Assembly (NCBI GenBank): GCA_008690995.1
Contig: VRMN01000002.1
Location: 2,232,001 to 2,296,000 of the forward strand
Length of the DNA stretch: 64,000 nucleotides
Direction of reading: 5' to 3'
DNA from: Porphyridium purpureum
Lineage: Eukaryota
The translations under genes and the position numbers were made by a program. The number at the start of each line of letters is the position of its first letter. Positions within the stretch are counted from its first letter, which is position 1. Below the pieces are notes generated by a model. That model was not told the origin of the DNA and searched no databases. It was given only the letters and a program-made list of their open reading frames with translations. This document shows positions 50,231 through 61,260 of this stretch, piece by piece.

Positions 50231-53200
50231 TTACACAGTAAAATCCGCGTCTGAGCGAGCCGAGTCGTCGCTCTCACCATCCTGACTGCTCAGATCCTCA
50301 CTGAATTGGATGCGCTTACGCACGGCGCGGCGCGCGCGCGCGACAGGAGGGAACGCAACATCCCTGACATTTTCGAGCACATCTTCATCCTTTCCGTCAC
50401 CCTCATCCGGGCCCCTAGCCTTGAAACCTCGGACAGGCGTTTTTTCCTTCTTGCTCACACGCGTCCCTCGGCGGCTCCTTATCGCTGGAGGTAAGCGATC
50501 TAGGTGCTCGTCGTCCACCTTGTCCTTCTTGGCCATAGCCCGCAGCAGAGCAAATTGCTGCATCACAACTTCGTGAGATACAGGCGGGAGCAGCCGATCA
50601 CGCTTCGTGTGTACGCTCTGCACCGGAATATCGCTCAGCACAAAAGGCGGTGTGTGAGCAGCGTCTTCTGCTGGCTGCTGCTGTTTCGTGTGGCCTTCAA
50701 CAGTATCCTCGTCAGGGCCAGCAAGCGTACTTACCGCGTCGGTGCTCCAGCGCACATACTTCAAAAAGTGCTTCAGACGGAGGAGCAAGCACAGAGGAAT
50801 GGTCTCGCTTGCCAAAGCGGCATTCTTGGTTTGCCTTTTATCCTCGTCCTCGTCGTCAGCTTCTTCTATATGACTGGTTGAGAGGCGCTGCTTGACTTGC
50901 CGGAGCACGAGCTGGCCAGAGTTGGCCATAATGTGGGTCGCCGCTCGCAGAACAATATTGACTTCGTCTCTGGCGTTTCGAATTCGAGCCTCAGTGGCCG
51001 CATTTCCCGCCGCAGATTTGTGCGTCGGTCCGGCACCGAGCATGATGTTGGCGCCGCCTGCGCCGCCATAGTCAAGCGTTCCGAGCGTGGCAGTGACGTA
51101 GAGTAGCGCTTGGGGCAGCTCAAACTGCTTGGCGAGCTTGGCTTCAATCGAACCAAGCACATGAGCGCGCTCCTTGGTCTTGCTCGGGTTTAGCAAGGAT
51201 ACCATTGAACCCAGAAAGGCTGCGCGATGAGCCTTGTCCAACAATACGTAGACCCGCGAGAAGGCCGCTCGGCCTGTGCGCGGATCCACGGCCAGAGCAT
51301 CATAAGAATTGGTGCCATCTGCTGACCGGTCAGCGTTATTCATAAATTCACTCTTGGCTGCGAGCGCAAAAGATTTCAGGAAACCTTCAAACACACACGC
51401 GCCCATCATATGAGGGTGACGCTGGGCCAGCTCCGCCACTACTCCTATCGCCAGGTCAGCTGTTTTGTGAGAGTTCATCAAGTTCGCGGAGTGCACACCC
51501 GCATGCGTAGCCTCGGTGACACCCGTCGCGCCTATCATCACGCTGGCGCTGTTATTTGCACGGTCGTTGCCCAGCGCGATCAGCGTGGGAAGAATAGCGA
51601 CGGGCAACACAAGGCCCTGTTTGGCAATAAGGCTAAACACAAGCACTGCAGAATACCGCACGTGAGGGTCGTCATCCAGTGCACACTGAACAAGCTTAGG
51701 CAGCAGACACTGCGCTGCGCCGGCCACAAAGCCAGCATCTGCATCCTCTTCCTTCCATGAAAATGAGGATGACGAGTCCTTGCGCTTCCCAGTTTCAGGC
51801 GAATTTCCATGTCGCGCACCAACAATCCCATTCAAGCCGCGACATGCGCTGTTGCCTGCGATACAATAAAAGTGTGCAGCATCATGCACCTCGTGAAGCA
51901 AAGCATGGAATTCGTGCAACATCCGCGCGCGACACATTGGAACAGCGCATTTCAAGCAATTTGAAATCAATTCGGTACACTGTGGTATCTCACGCTTGTG
52001 GCGACGCAAAAACGCGACCAGCCCACGCATGCTTGCCTCGTGCACAAGCTGCGCATGTTGTCGCTGATCCAGCGGATTCAAATCATGATCAGAGACACAC
52101 CCTTGGCCCGATTCTATTGGGATCTGAGCCGATGAGGTTGCACGTCCACAGTACGCAGAAGCGCTTGTGCACCACTGCATAAGCACCTGGAGGCAGTCTG
52201 CCTCAAATGCTGGAGGGAAGGCGAAGTGCTGGCACAACAGGCCCAGGCGATGAACAGCAACACACACGTTGCGTCGCTGCGCAGCATGTTGTACAGCTTT
52301 TTCGTGAGAGGCAGACGCGAGGAACTCGTAGAACTGTTTCGCAAGCGCGCTTGGAACCTCTCCGTGAATGTCGACGCCACCAGAGCCAGAAGCTAATGCC
52401 TGACGCTTGAGCACGCCGAATAAGAGCCGGCAGGCAGGTGCTGCAACGTGCGGCGCGGCATTCTGACACAGAATGCGCTCAGTGTCTACCTCGAGTTGGG
52501 TGAGCACGTCTTGTCCGATTGGGCCCACGCACGGAACAATGAGTGCGGCGAGCACGTCGAGTGTGGCGCAAAGCAGAAGCAGTGACCCAGCATCGCGCGG
52601 TGGCGGCTTCAGCAGCAGGGAGAGAACATGTAAATACCCGCTGCACAGCGCTGGCTCGATCTCGACCACGACCTGTAGAATCGCCATCCGCGTTGCACGC
52701 TCCTGGTAGCTATGCGATGCATGGTCGGGCATCATCGGATCATCCCGAGCTTTGCTTCCCTTAAGACCACCTTGGGCCATATCATCGACGTCCAGGCTCA
52801 AAACAATCGCGGTAACAAGCTCGGCGAAGACGGAGTGGTACATCTGGACAATATCCGGCGTGACCAGCGTACGGAACATGCGAACAATAAACGCAGCGCC
52901 AAATGCGCGGGCCATGGACAGCAGCCGCGCAAGCGTCACAGCACCAATACTTACGTGGCTGCTGTATGCGCTGCCGCCTTCGCTGCGTTCCTGTCTTGCG
53001 TCATTATGCTCGAGAAGCATCTTCCTCACCAACTTGGCTGCGCCCGTTTGTACGCTTGGTTCAGGATCTACCAGTCGTCCCATTACTCTCGCGCCCAACT
53101 CACCGATCCACTTTTCCCTCTGCACCTCATTCTGGACGTCGGCCTCGTCGCAAGTGTCGGCCGGCGTTGTGCGATGTGATGCAAGGAGATCATACAGAGA

Positions 53201-56068
53201 GTCAGCGATAAGAAGCGCGCGCTTGCGCACACTCAGCGCCGTGTCCAATAAACGCCCTTCTACGACACTACACAAACGCGCAATCCTGGCGGCGTTGCGA
53301 CCGTCATCTGCATCCGCCTGGTCGATCTTGTTGAGACAAAGTTGAGCGAGCCAGTCGAGCGCGGACTCGCGCACTTGCACCGCCACATCCAAGCAGCTCA
53401 GCTGCAGCGCATTTGCAACGTGCTCACGCTGCGTCATTTCAACTGCTGCAGTGTCTCTAATCGTCATCGGTGCAGGTGACGGAACCAAATGTGACAGAAG
53501 CAGCGCCACGCTACCTAGGACGCGCACCGCTTTGCATCGGAGCGTCGACGACGATTCTGTCAAGTACGAGGCTACGGGCTCCACAATTGAATTTCTTACT
53601 TTGACCTCCAGCTGCTCGTTGTCCAGCTTTGATTCACTACCATGTGCTACCGTCAAGGCTTTCATGGAAGCTGACGAACCCATACCCAGAACGGCGTGCG
53701 CCAAGGCGCAGAGCAGATCGAGCAGAGCACCGCGCAATGCCACAGAGTAAGACAGATTCGTTCTACTCAAGCGCAAGTGCTGAAAAATAATTGCGTATCC
53801 TGCTTGCAGAGCATGCTGCGCCCCTCGCCTCCATTTTGTCGGATCTGAACCACTCCTTTCGCTTGCACAACTGTCATGAGCACTTTCATTATCAATCCTC
53901 AGGACGTACAACCGCCCTGCGTCCTCAATGAGCAGCTGTAATAGATGTTTGTAGTCCACGTCCGAGTGGGCGCGATTGTTAACTCCGTTGGTCACGATAT
54001 TTGTCTTGTCCGTATGGCCGTGATTATACTGCTCGAAAAGGCGCGAAAGCAAGCGCTCAAAGCTCCACGCCGCAGACTGAGCACTGAAGCATGCTGTACA
54101 AAGGAAGAGCGCCGAGTGCGCGCGCACGAAGACGTCCATATCGTGAGATTCTAAATCTGGGCTCTTTGGAAACTCGCTCGTCACACAGTACACGCGTATC
54201 TGAACATCACGCTGCCTTGACGGTACCTTTGGATTTCTAGGGGTGACTGGAGTCGCGCCATTCATAAATGAAACATGCTCAGGCGGTATCAGCGTGATCG
54301 AGTCCACCACATCCTCCACGATCGCCGACTGCATCGATGCACGAGCGTCAAATGCCGCAAGCACAAGGCGCACGCCGGAACTTTGCAGAGCAGCAGCATC
54401 TTGGACACCGAGTGACGCGATCGCCAATGACACCACGCTGACAATCTGCGGCTCCGCCAAGCAGGATCCAGAATTGTTCCGGCTCGCGCCAGCGCTACCC
54501 TTCAAACCATCTTCATCGAAGCACGTGACCGTAGCCCTATCGAGAACACTGACCAAGGACTCAAAAACGCGACACGCGCGGCTTAACAGTCCAGCTACCG
54601 TCGCTGAGCCCGACGCTGATGGAGTGGTTCGTCGAACCAGCGCCTTGGGTGACTTGGAGGGAGTGATCCTTTCTCTTTTGGATCGACTTGCCTTGCGCGA
54701 GCCAACCAAAAAGTCGGCATCGTTTTCGCTGTCCTCACTTGCGTCCTTGTCACCATTGCGACGTGCAGAGACTCCCATCTTCGTTTTGGAGCTCGGTGTA
54801 CTCTGCGCCAAGCTAGGCTCACCTTTGCTCTGAGACCAGCCATTGAGAGCAGGAAAAACGTAGCTACGCAACAGCGTTCGCAGAGCATCAAGACAGCCGT
54901 CTATCACCTCCTCGGAGACTATGGACAAAGATGCCTGCTGAAGCTGCTCATGCGGTTGCCAATTTCCTTCCTGTACGTTCAGATGCTCGAACTTCAGCAA
55001 GCTCAGTACAAGCTCAATGCATTGTAAGCCTAACTCGCATACGTCGTGCAAAGCGATCGGCGATGATGACACACGCTCGTTCTGCGTGGTATCCTTGTCC
55101 AGACTGCCACTCCATGTCATGATTTCGCCTGCGCAGCGTCGTGCGCGCGTTTCAAGCACAATGCACAACCGTCGCAGTGCATCCAGGTTGTTCAAAATAA
55201 GCGCCGTGTCGCTATTTGCGGATGCGCCAAGCCCAGTGTCCAAGTACGCTTCAAGGCGGCGCACGTTAATTGGCGAGGCAACCTCGCAGGCAGCGCGCTC
55301 CATGGTGTGCCCTTCTGCTGCAGCATGCTCCGCAAGCTCGAGCATGTCATGCAAAAAGCGCGCAAACTGTTCCTGGTGCCGCGTGCGCGCCTGTGACGCA
55401 CTTTCAGAGTAGGCCTTTTTCGACCTTTGGTACGCCTTGCCAGACTCTTCGTCCATGTCGGCCATCACAAATGCTCGTTTTGTGCGCCGCGATGTCGACT
55501 CTGCTTGTGCCTGCAACCGAGAACCGGGTTGCCCTTGTTCGCTGCTCAATGTACGAGGTGTCGGCGATATGGAGTCCTCGGCGTGGGCATCGGCGCTAGG
55601 TGCGTCATGGGATTTGTGAAACAATGCTGGAGCCCGCTGCTTCATCAGAGCCAAAACATTGCCAAATTGTTCCGAGCAGTGCATTGCAAAAGCATCAATG
55701 TCGTCGCAATTGTCATCATCATTGCCCTGAACCAAAGACTCGTTGCCCGAATGCTTGGCAACCCGCAAGAGTGTATCCGCAAGATGGTCCACTTCCCACG
55801 ACGCCAAAGCGCCCAAAACGGCGTCATCACCGGTACATTCAAGATCCGGCGCCTTTGCAGCTCTGCCGGCGTACTTTCCGCATGGCAACGCGCTGATGCT
55901 TACATCCCGCGCCACCAGCGGCTGCACAAGCAAATAGTGCTTCACGGTGTCCATGGAGCATGCCGTGGCCACGTTTACGCAAAGATCTGGTTCTTCCACG
56001 AGATCATGACGCCCATCAGCCCCGAAAGATTCATCGCGCTCGTGCGCCAGCTCACGCGAGGACGCCAT
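50231..56068 (-). CDS. NIPBL: Cohesin loader Nipped-B/Scc2
   Basis: HEAT motifs LRCKAVRVL, LDVAVQVRESALD, RLLDTALSVRKRAL, D.EPSVQ; Nipped-B_C-like KQGLVLP..ILPTLIAL; 1945 aa. Confidence 0.85.
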   Translation of the reverse strand: MASSRELAHERDESFGADGRHDLVEEPDLCVNVATACSMDTVKHYLLVQPLVARDVSISALPCGKYAGRAAKAPDLECTGDDAVLGALASWEVDHLADTLLRVAKHSGNESLVQGNDDDNCDDIDAFAMHCSEQFGNVLALMKQRAPALFHKSHDAPSADAHAEDSISPTPRTLSSEQGQPGSRLQAQAESTSRRTKRAFVMADMDEESGKAYQRSKKAYSESASQARTRHQEQFARFLHDMLELAEHAAAEGHTMERAACEVASPINVRRLEAYLDTGLGASANSDTALILNNLDALRRLCIVLETRARRCAGEIMTWSGSLDKDTTQNERVSSSPIALHDVCELGLQCIELVLSLLKFEHLNVQEGNWQPHEQLQQASLSIVSEEVIDGCLDALRTLLRSYVFPALNGWSQSKGEPSLAQSTPSSKTKMGVSARRNGDKDASEDSENDADFLVGSRKASRSKRERITPSKSPKALVRRTTPSASGSATVAGLLSRACRVFESLVSVLDRATVTCFDEDGLKGSAGASRNNSGSCLAEPQIVSVVSLAIASLGVQDAAALQSSGVRLVLAAFDARASMQSAIVEDVVDSITLIPPEHVSFMNGATPVTPRNPKVPSRQRDVQIRVYCVTSEFPKSPDLESHDMDVFVRAHSALFLCTACFSAQSAAWSFERLLSRLFEQYNHGHTDKTNIVTNGVNNRAHSDVDYKHLLQLLIEDAGRLYVLRIDNESAHDSCASERSGSDPTKWRRGAQHALQAGYAIIFQHLRLSRTNLSYSVALRGALLDLLCALAHAVLGMGSSASMKALTVAHGSESKLDNEQLEVKVRNSIVEPVASYLTESSSTLRCKAVRVLGSVALLLSHLVPSPAPMTIRDTAAVEMTQREHVANALQLSCLDVAVQVRESALDWLAQLCLNKIDQADADDGRNAARIARLCSVVEGRLLDTALSVRKRALLIADSLYDLLASHRTTPADTCDEADVQNEVQREKWIGELGARVMGRLVDPEPSVQTGAAKLVRKMLLEHNDARQERSEGGSAYSSHVSIGAVTLARLLSMARAFGAAFIVRMFRTLVTPDIVQMYHSVFAELVTAIVLSLDVDDMAQGGLKGSKARDDPMMPDHASHSYQERATRMAILQVVVEIEPALCSGYLHVLSLLLKPPPRDAGSLLLLCATLDVLAALIVPCVGPIGQDVLTQLEVDTERILCQNAAPHVAAPACRLLFGVLKRQALASGSGGVDIHGEVPSALAKQFYEFLASASHEKAVQHAAQRRNVCVAVHRLGLLCQHFAFPPAFEADCLQVLMQWCTSASAYCGRATSSAQIPIESGQGCVSDHDLNPLDQRQHAQLVHEASMRGLVAFLRRHKREIPQCTELISNCLKCAVPMCRARMLHEFHALLHEVHDAAHFYCIAGNSACRGLNGIVGARHGNSPETGKRKDSSSSFSWKEEDADAGFVAGAAQCLLPKLVQCALDDDPHVRYSAVLVFSLIAKQGLVLPVAILPTLIALGNDRANNSASVMIGATGVTEATHAGVHSANLMNSHKTADLAIGVVAELAQRHPHMMGACVFEGFLKSFALAAKSEFMNNADRSADGTNSYDALAVDPRTGRAAFSRVYVLLDKAHRAAFLGSMVSLLNPSKTKERAHVLGSIEAKLAKQFELPQALLYVTATLGTLDYGGAGGANIMLGAGPTHKSAAGNAATEARIRNARDEVNIVLRAATHIMANSGQLVLRQVKQRLSTSHIEEADDEDEDKRQTKNAALASETIPLCLLLRLKHFLKYVRWSTDAVSTLAGPDEDTVEGHTKQQQPAEDAAHTPPFVLSDIPVQSVHTKRDRLLPPVSHEVVMQQFALLRAMAKKDKVDDEHLDRLPPAIRSRRGTRVSKKEKTPVRGFKARGPDEGDGKDEDVLENVRDVAFPPVARARRAVRKRIQFSEDLSSQDGESDDSARSDADFTV

Positions 56069-56517
56069 ATTGCAGCTGCTCGGCAGCGCACTGCGAGCCG
56101 AGCCAGCCAGCGCTCAGGACGCGCACAGCACGTGCCATGCACTCGCAAGCGAGCGACCGGGTCACACGCAGACACAGCCTGTGCATGCAAATGGTCGCGC
56201 GGCATCCAACGCAGACCGGCGCAACGTCCTTCAGCGCCGTTGCGCGTGCGAAACAGACCACTAAGGATTTCGCTCTCTGACGCAAAAAGTTTCCGACCGC
56301 GTTCCCTTTTCGCTTTTCCTTTTCCCTCCGCCTGTTCATGCAAAGTTTATAGTAAAACAGCCCTGTTTGACTAGATATGAACTGAACCCCTTTCGACGAT
56401 GCCTTTGCTCGGAAGGCCGACTTTGCCGCGAAAGTGCCAGAGCTGAAGAAAGAACTTAAGATGGATGTGCACGGATTGCGTTCTGGAGGTAATCCGCAAG
56501 AGTCATCACCGGCCGCG

Positions 56518-57034
56518 TCAGTCTTTCAGCTTGTTTTGCAGCAACTCGCATTCGTTGAGCTCCTTGCACTGCTCAAAGTCGCCGATGAACGTGTCGCCTT
56601 TGAAGAGGAGAGGGTAGACGCCCTTCTTGCCCGAGATCGCCCAAATCTTCTTCTTGTCGACACTCGGGTCTGTGTCTACATAGACAATGCTGCACTCGCC
56701 CGCCAGAGCGTTCACGCGCTGCTCCAGCCACCTATGATTCACAAGCATATTCAAGCCATCGGTCCACAACATCACGCCGGCATCAACGAGCAAGGAAAGA
56801 CAGGAAAGAAAAAAGACAGTCAGCCACCCGCAGAGACAACACAGAGGGTATAAACATTCAACCGCACAATGTCAGAACTGCTCTCAATTCTCGATGCCGC
56901 GCGGTCACATGCGCAAACTTGACGATACGCATGCTTTGAGTGAAACACCGATTCGCTCTCGCTCAAACTTACAACGTGTGGTGCGTGATTTGCGAGCCTC
57001 CCGCCGAGGAGCTGTATATGATAAGATTGGACAT
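56518..57034 (-). CDS. SH3BGR/glutaredoxin-fold protein, two exons: join(57034..56973, 56731..56518), 91 aa
   Basis: Spliced product MSNLIIYSSSAGGSQITHHTLWLEQRVNALAGECSIVYVD...YPLLFKGDTFIGDFEQCKELNE matches the SH3BGR layout; the phase-2 junction keeps frame. Confidence 0.85.
56732..56972 (-). other. Spliceosomal intron (241 nt)
   Basis: Donor GTAAGT (56972), branch GCTGAC (56819-56824), polypyrimidine tract, acceptor CATAG (56732). Confidence 0.85.
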
Positions 57035-57216
57035 GTTGAGCGCACGTGCTAGCCTGCTCCCTCGAGACCTTGACTCACCGAGTGTGCCCTCACGAAAAGA
57101 CTCTGCGTGCGCGCTCGTCGCGTGCTCCGCGCCGTTGTGTGCCTAGACAAGTACAGTGGACGTGCATCGCGCTCGACCGGGAACGCTTGCCGACGAAGAA
57201 ACCGCGCGCGACTGGG

Positions 57217-57744
57217 ATGACGCGAGTGAAAGAATATCTGAAGTACATCTGGCGCAAAGGCGTCTTTGGCGCGCTGCGGGATCTTTGGAAGGATCATGTC
57301 GCGCTCGAGCGGTCGCAGTATCGCAGCAAGTTGAAAATCGAGCGATACCTGCAGGAACTGCAAGAGGCGCACGGAAAGAGGACCATCGCCATCCACTTTC
57401 TCGACAAGAAAATCAAGGAGGCCGAGGCGCTCGTAAGGAAGAAAGCCGCACAGGCCCAACAAAAGGAGACAGAGAAGCTCATGATCGGCGCAATGAAAAT
57501 GTATGCAGACTACACAGATGAAATGGAAAAGGTCCTGGCGGAACACGTGAAACAAGGACCGGCGGCACAGCGGACGCGAACAGAGGACTCACAAGAAATG
57601 AGCGACAACAAGGTTGACACAAAGATGAAGGATAGCCCGGGCATACGTATTTCGCAACTTGATGAGGAATCCTTAAGCGAGTCTGGCAGTTCATCCGCGG
57701 CTTCACCGCACAAACAGAAACAGAAGCTCCACTCTGGCGAGTAA
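57217..57744 (+). CDS. Hypothetical coiled-coil protein (175 aa)
   Basis: ATG-initiated, K/E-rich helical ORF with coding-like composition; no recognised family. Confidence 0.65.
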   Translation: MTRVKEYLKYIWRKGVFGALRDLWKDHVALERSQYRSKLKIERYLQELQEAHGKRTIAIHFLDKKIKEAEALVRKKAAQAQQKETEKLMIGAMKMYADYTDEMEKVLAEHVKQGPAAQRTRTEDSQEMSDNKVDTKMKDSPGIRISQLDEESLSESGSSSAASPHKQKQKLHSGE

Positions 57745-57951
57745 ACCGCAAATGTTGTGTTTAGGTGCCAGCCCGCGCCCATAAAGTGAACGCAGAGATC
57801 GCACTGGACGCGCCCACTTGGTCGCAGCGCCGCTCGACGCAAAGAAGGAGCATTCTTCCCTCTAAATTTTATTTGTTCTTTTCCTGTGGGAGTGAATCAG
57901 TCATCACATTCATGAAAATGTTAGCACCCCTCTACCACCAAGTTGGCTTTA

Positions 57952-59763
57952 TCAGTTCGATCCTGTGCTCATCACGTCATTCATGGGGCCCGCGCTGCCA
58001 GTCTGTTGGCTCAATCGGTTCCGCTCGGCTTCGTCGCGCACTCCGTCAAAAAACGGGTGCCCCAAGGCCTCACTAGCAGTGACACGCTCTTCGTGGTCAT
58101 ATCGCAGCATTCGGTCGAGTAGATTCAGCGCCTCTGGCGATACCAGATGGCTATTATCCACGTGGATAAACTTGTCCCAGGACTTACGGCTGTGCGTGCC
58201 AATCATAGAGTTGAGATTCTCGTCCAGCACGAGGCCGTACTTCTTCAGGTACATGCGCAAATCCGTCGTGCCCAGCACGCGCGCGATCTTGACGAGCTGA
58301 TCCTGGTTGTCCTGCCCATGGAAAAATGGCTCGCGCCGAAAGATCATGCCGGCCATCATGCAGCCGAGGCTCCAAATATCGAGCGAGTAGTCATAGTCCT
58401 GCAAGTCTACCAGCAGCTCGGGTCCCTTAAAGTACCGCGACGCCACACGCACATTGTATTCCTTATTTTGATGATAAAACTCAGCCAGTCCCCAGTCGAT
58501 CAACCGTACCTTTCGTTTTTGGTGATCGATCATGACGTTGTGGGGCTTGACATCGCGATGCATAATCCCATTGGAGTGCGCATAATCTAGCGCCTTGAGC
58601 ACCTCGTAGACGTAGTACGCGACGTCGTAAAGCGTCAGCTTGGGATACAGAACTTTAAAGTCTGTGTTGTTGACGTGCTCAAAAATCAAGCTCGGGACCT
58701 TGGACTGCGGGTCGCGGCACACGTCCAGAAGCTGAATAATGTTCGTACCTCCCAGCAAATTGCGCAGAATTTTGATTTCGCGCTTGATTTTCTTCTTCTT
58801 CACGGGCTTGAGAATCTTGATAATCACCTTATCGTTTGTCTCGATGTTCACGCCTTCGAACACGTCACTGTACTTCCCGCGTCCGACTTTTTTCACGAGC
58901 TCGTACTTGTCCTGGTTGCCCCACTGCACCGTCAGATTGTCATAGTCCCAGTACTCTTCTGGGCGGTCATCATTCACGTCAGCGTACACGCGAGCCACCG
59001 ACACTTTACCCCCACGTTCGCGACGCATCAGCCGGTTTGCGCTCTCAGGGCCCGCAGGCCCAGCGCCCGTGGCGTCATAACGCCGCGGCTTCGCAACGAG
59101 CTCTTCGGTCTTATCCATGAACGCCCGGCGTCTCCTCAGGCCCGATCCCACTGCGCCCGCCTCGCTCTCGCTCGAAGAAAAAATCAGTCCCTCGTCTGTG
59201 CGCAGAAGCTTGACCGCGCGTTTCAGAGTGACACGCGGCGGTGATCGCTTCGTTTTTTTCCCCTCACTTCGGGATTCTTGAGTACCCGGTGGTGCAAAGG
59301 GTTGTGTGTCTGCCTTTCTTGTTCCCAACTGGCTCGCAGGTGTCGAGTGCAGCAGTCGCTTCGCCGCACTTTCACTGTCTTCGTCGTCGCGGCCCCCACT
59401 TGAGCCTCCAACAAGCGCGTGCACGTTCCTGTGCCCGCCCTTGGGGAACACCAGCTCGCGTAACGCGTCAAACGGCGACGCTTTCACCACGCCGGTGCCC
59501 GACACCACGCCCAGTCCGAATGGCGCGCGATAGCCTCTCTGGAGGCCGGGACGTGGTCTGGTGGCGCGTGGAACTGCTTTTGGACACGCCCGTGCAAGCA
59601 GGCAGGGAAGAAAGACTTTTGAACTATGCAGCGCAAACGCCGTGGTGGTGGCGCGTAACGGCGATGAGGCGGCGACGACCGGAATTCTGCTTTTCCCGCC
59701 CCAATTCGATATCGACGACGATAACCCAGTCCCTCTTGTACACGCCGGGGAGCTCTCGCTCAT
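57952..59763 (-). CDS. CKA: Casein kinase II alpha with long N-terminal extension
   Basis: [70 protein letters not shown]. Confidence 0.95.
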   Translation of the reverse strand: MSESSPACTRGTGLSSSISNWGGKSRIPVVAASSPLRATTTAFALHSSKVFLPCLLARACPKAVPRATRPRPGLQRGYRAPFGLGVVSGTGVVKASPFDALRELVFPKGGHRNVHALVGGSSGGRDDEDSESAAKRLLHSTPASQLGTRKADTQPFAPPGTQESRSEGKKTKRSPPRVTLKRAVKLLRTDEGLIFSSSESEAGAVGSGLRRRRAFMDKTEELVAKPRRYDATGAGPAGPESANRLMRRERGGKVSVARVYADVNDDRPEEYWDYDNLTVQWGNQDKYELVKKVGRGKYSDVFEGVNIETNDKVIIKILKPVKKKKIKREIKILRNLLGGTNIIQLLDVCRDPQSKVPSLIFEHVNNTDFKVLYPKLTLYDVAYYVYEVLKALDYAHSNGIMHRDVKPHNVMIDHQKRKVRLIDWGLAEFYHQNKEYNVRVASRYFKGPELLVDLQDYDYSLDIWSLGCMMAGMIFRREPFFHGQDNQDQLVKIARVLGTTDLRMYLKKYGLVLDENLNSMIGTHSRKSWDKFIHVDNSHLVSPEALNLLDRMLRYDHEERVTASEALGHPFFDGVRDEAERNRLSQQTGSAGPMNDVMSTGSN

Positions 59764-61038
59764 ATCTGACCACGCGCGACGCTAACCGATATGGCCAAGC
59801 CCTCAAATCTGGATCGATCGGGACGCGGCGTCCGGGGCAGTCATGCACCCACGCTAAAACCCACACGCAAAGCTCCCTCCCGCGCGAGCACCACTCCCCC
59901 ACACGTCGAAGAAGATGGAGGAGACGACGCAGACTCGCGCACCGAGGCCACGCGCGTGCTCACACCCACACCCACTGTCCTTCACGCACCCGCCAGCTAC
60001 ACACGCCGCCGCGCCCGCATTCCCGTCTGCTCGACGCACAGATCTGGACCCGCCGAGCGCGCGCGACGCCAGCCCCCGTCGGAATCAGCCTTTTGCGTGT
60101 GCCACACTCTTCGTGCCGGCGGCGCTACGACGACAGCAACAACACCCACGCCTCCCTCTCCCTCCCCCTCGCGCCGCTGCTCCGCTGCGCCTCCCCGCCT
60201 GCTAGCGCCTGCTCCAGTTTCCTGACGCGGTTCGCACCCGCCAACATTCTGATTAAACGGCCCCGAAAAATGATGTGCGCGCGCGCTGCGAAGACGCGCG
60301 CAAACTGTACCTGCGGCTGGATGCGCGGTTTATCGGTTACGGTTACTCTCAGCCGGTGCGCTGTACCGCAGCGGAGTGTTGGCACGTGGCGTGTTTTGTG
60401 CGGGTGCGTGACAGTTGGTCGGGGCGTTGTGCGGGAGGATGTGCGCGGCGTCCAAGGCGCGCGGCGAGACGCGCGGATGAATGTGTCTGGCTTGTGACCA
60501 TGGATGCACTGGATGCACTGGATGAACATGTGCGCGTACTCGCGTGGATTCATGCACGCACATGTCATCCAGTTTGGTGCAGAAGAGCCACGCCGTCGAT
60601 ACATGATACGTCTTCAATAAATTCAGTTCTTTCGTCCAGCCATTGCCGTTCAAGGAAAAAAACGGACGGCAACGCAACGCAGCGCAAGTAAAGTCAGTAA
60701 ATTAAAAGCCAAACACCAAGGAACACAAGAGTCGGCAGCATGCGGGTGGCTAGGAGTTGGAGGAGTTGAACCAACACACGCAATAGGAAAAGGAGACCCG
60801 GGCCCACTCCCCAGTCGATCTGTGCGGCCATGAAGAAGATAACAGAAGGCAAATCGGGATCCAAGCGAGCGCGTGGGACAACATGTGCGATTCGAGCGTC
60901 TCGTGTCCACGGCGCATGCCCAGCCAGCAGGTCCAGTCTGTTGCGGATCGGCGCGTGTCTTCTGGAACAGGGCAATGGAAGCCTTTGCTGCGGGTCCCTT
61001 GATTTGAAGCCGTGCTCGCAGGATACAAATGGTGCGCG

Positions 61039-61260
61039 CTACTTGGTCGGGCGCATCTGCCGTCCAAAAATATCTCGCTCGACATATACATTTTCTTCGT
61101 CCTTCTCTCCACCACATAGATCTGAGAGCCGCCAGTACTGCGTTTCTCCCCACGGCCCTTTGGACTTTTTCTTGATTTTGATGAGCGGAGGCTTCTCGCT
61201 GGCTGGACCGACAGGACGGCCGGTGCCGCGCCGAGGGCTGATTACCTTTTCATTCGCCAT
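61039..61260 (-). CDS. Hypothetical small protein (73 aa; possibly spliced to a second exon 60628-60565)
   Basis: ATG-initiated ORF with protein-like sequence; downstream branch-point-like TACTGAC and pyrimidine tract. Confidence 0.4.
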   Translation of the reverse strand: MANEKVISPRRGTGRPVGPASEKPPLIKIKKKSKGPWGETQYWRLSDLCGGEKDEENVYVERDIFGRQMRPTK

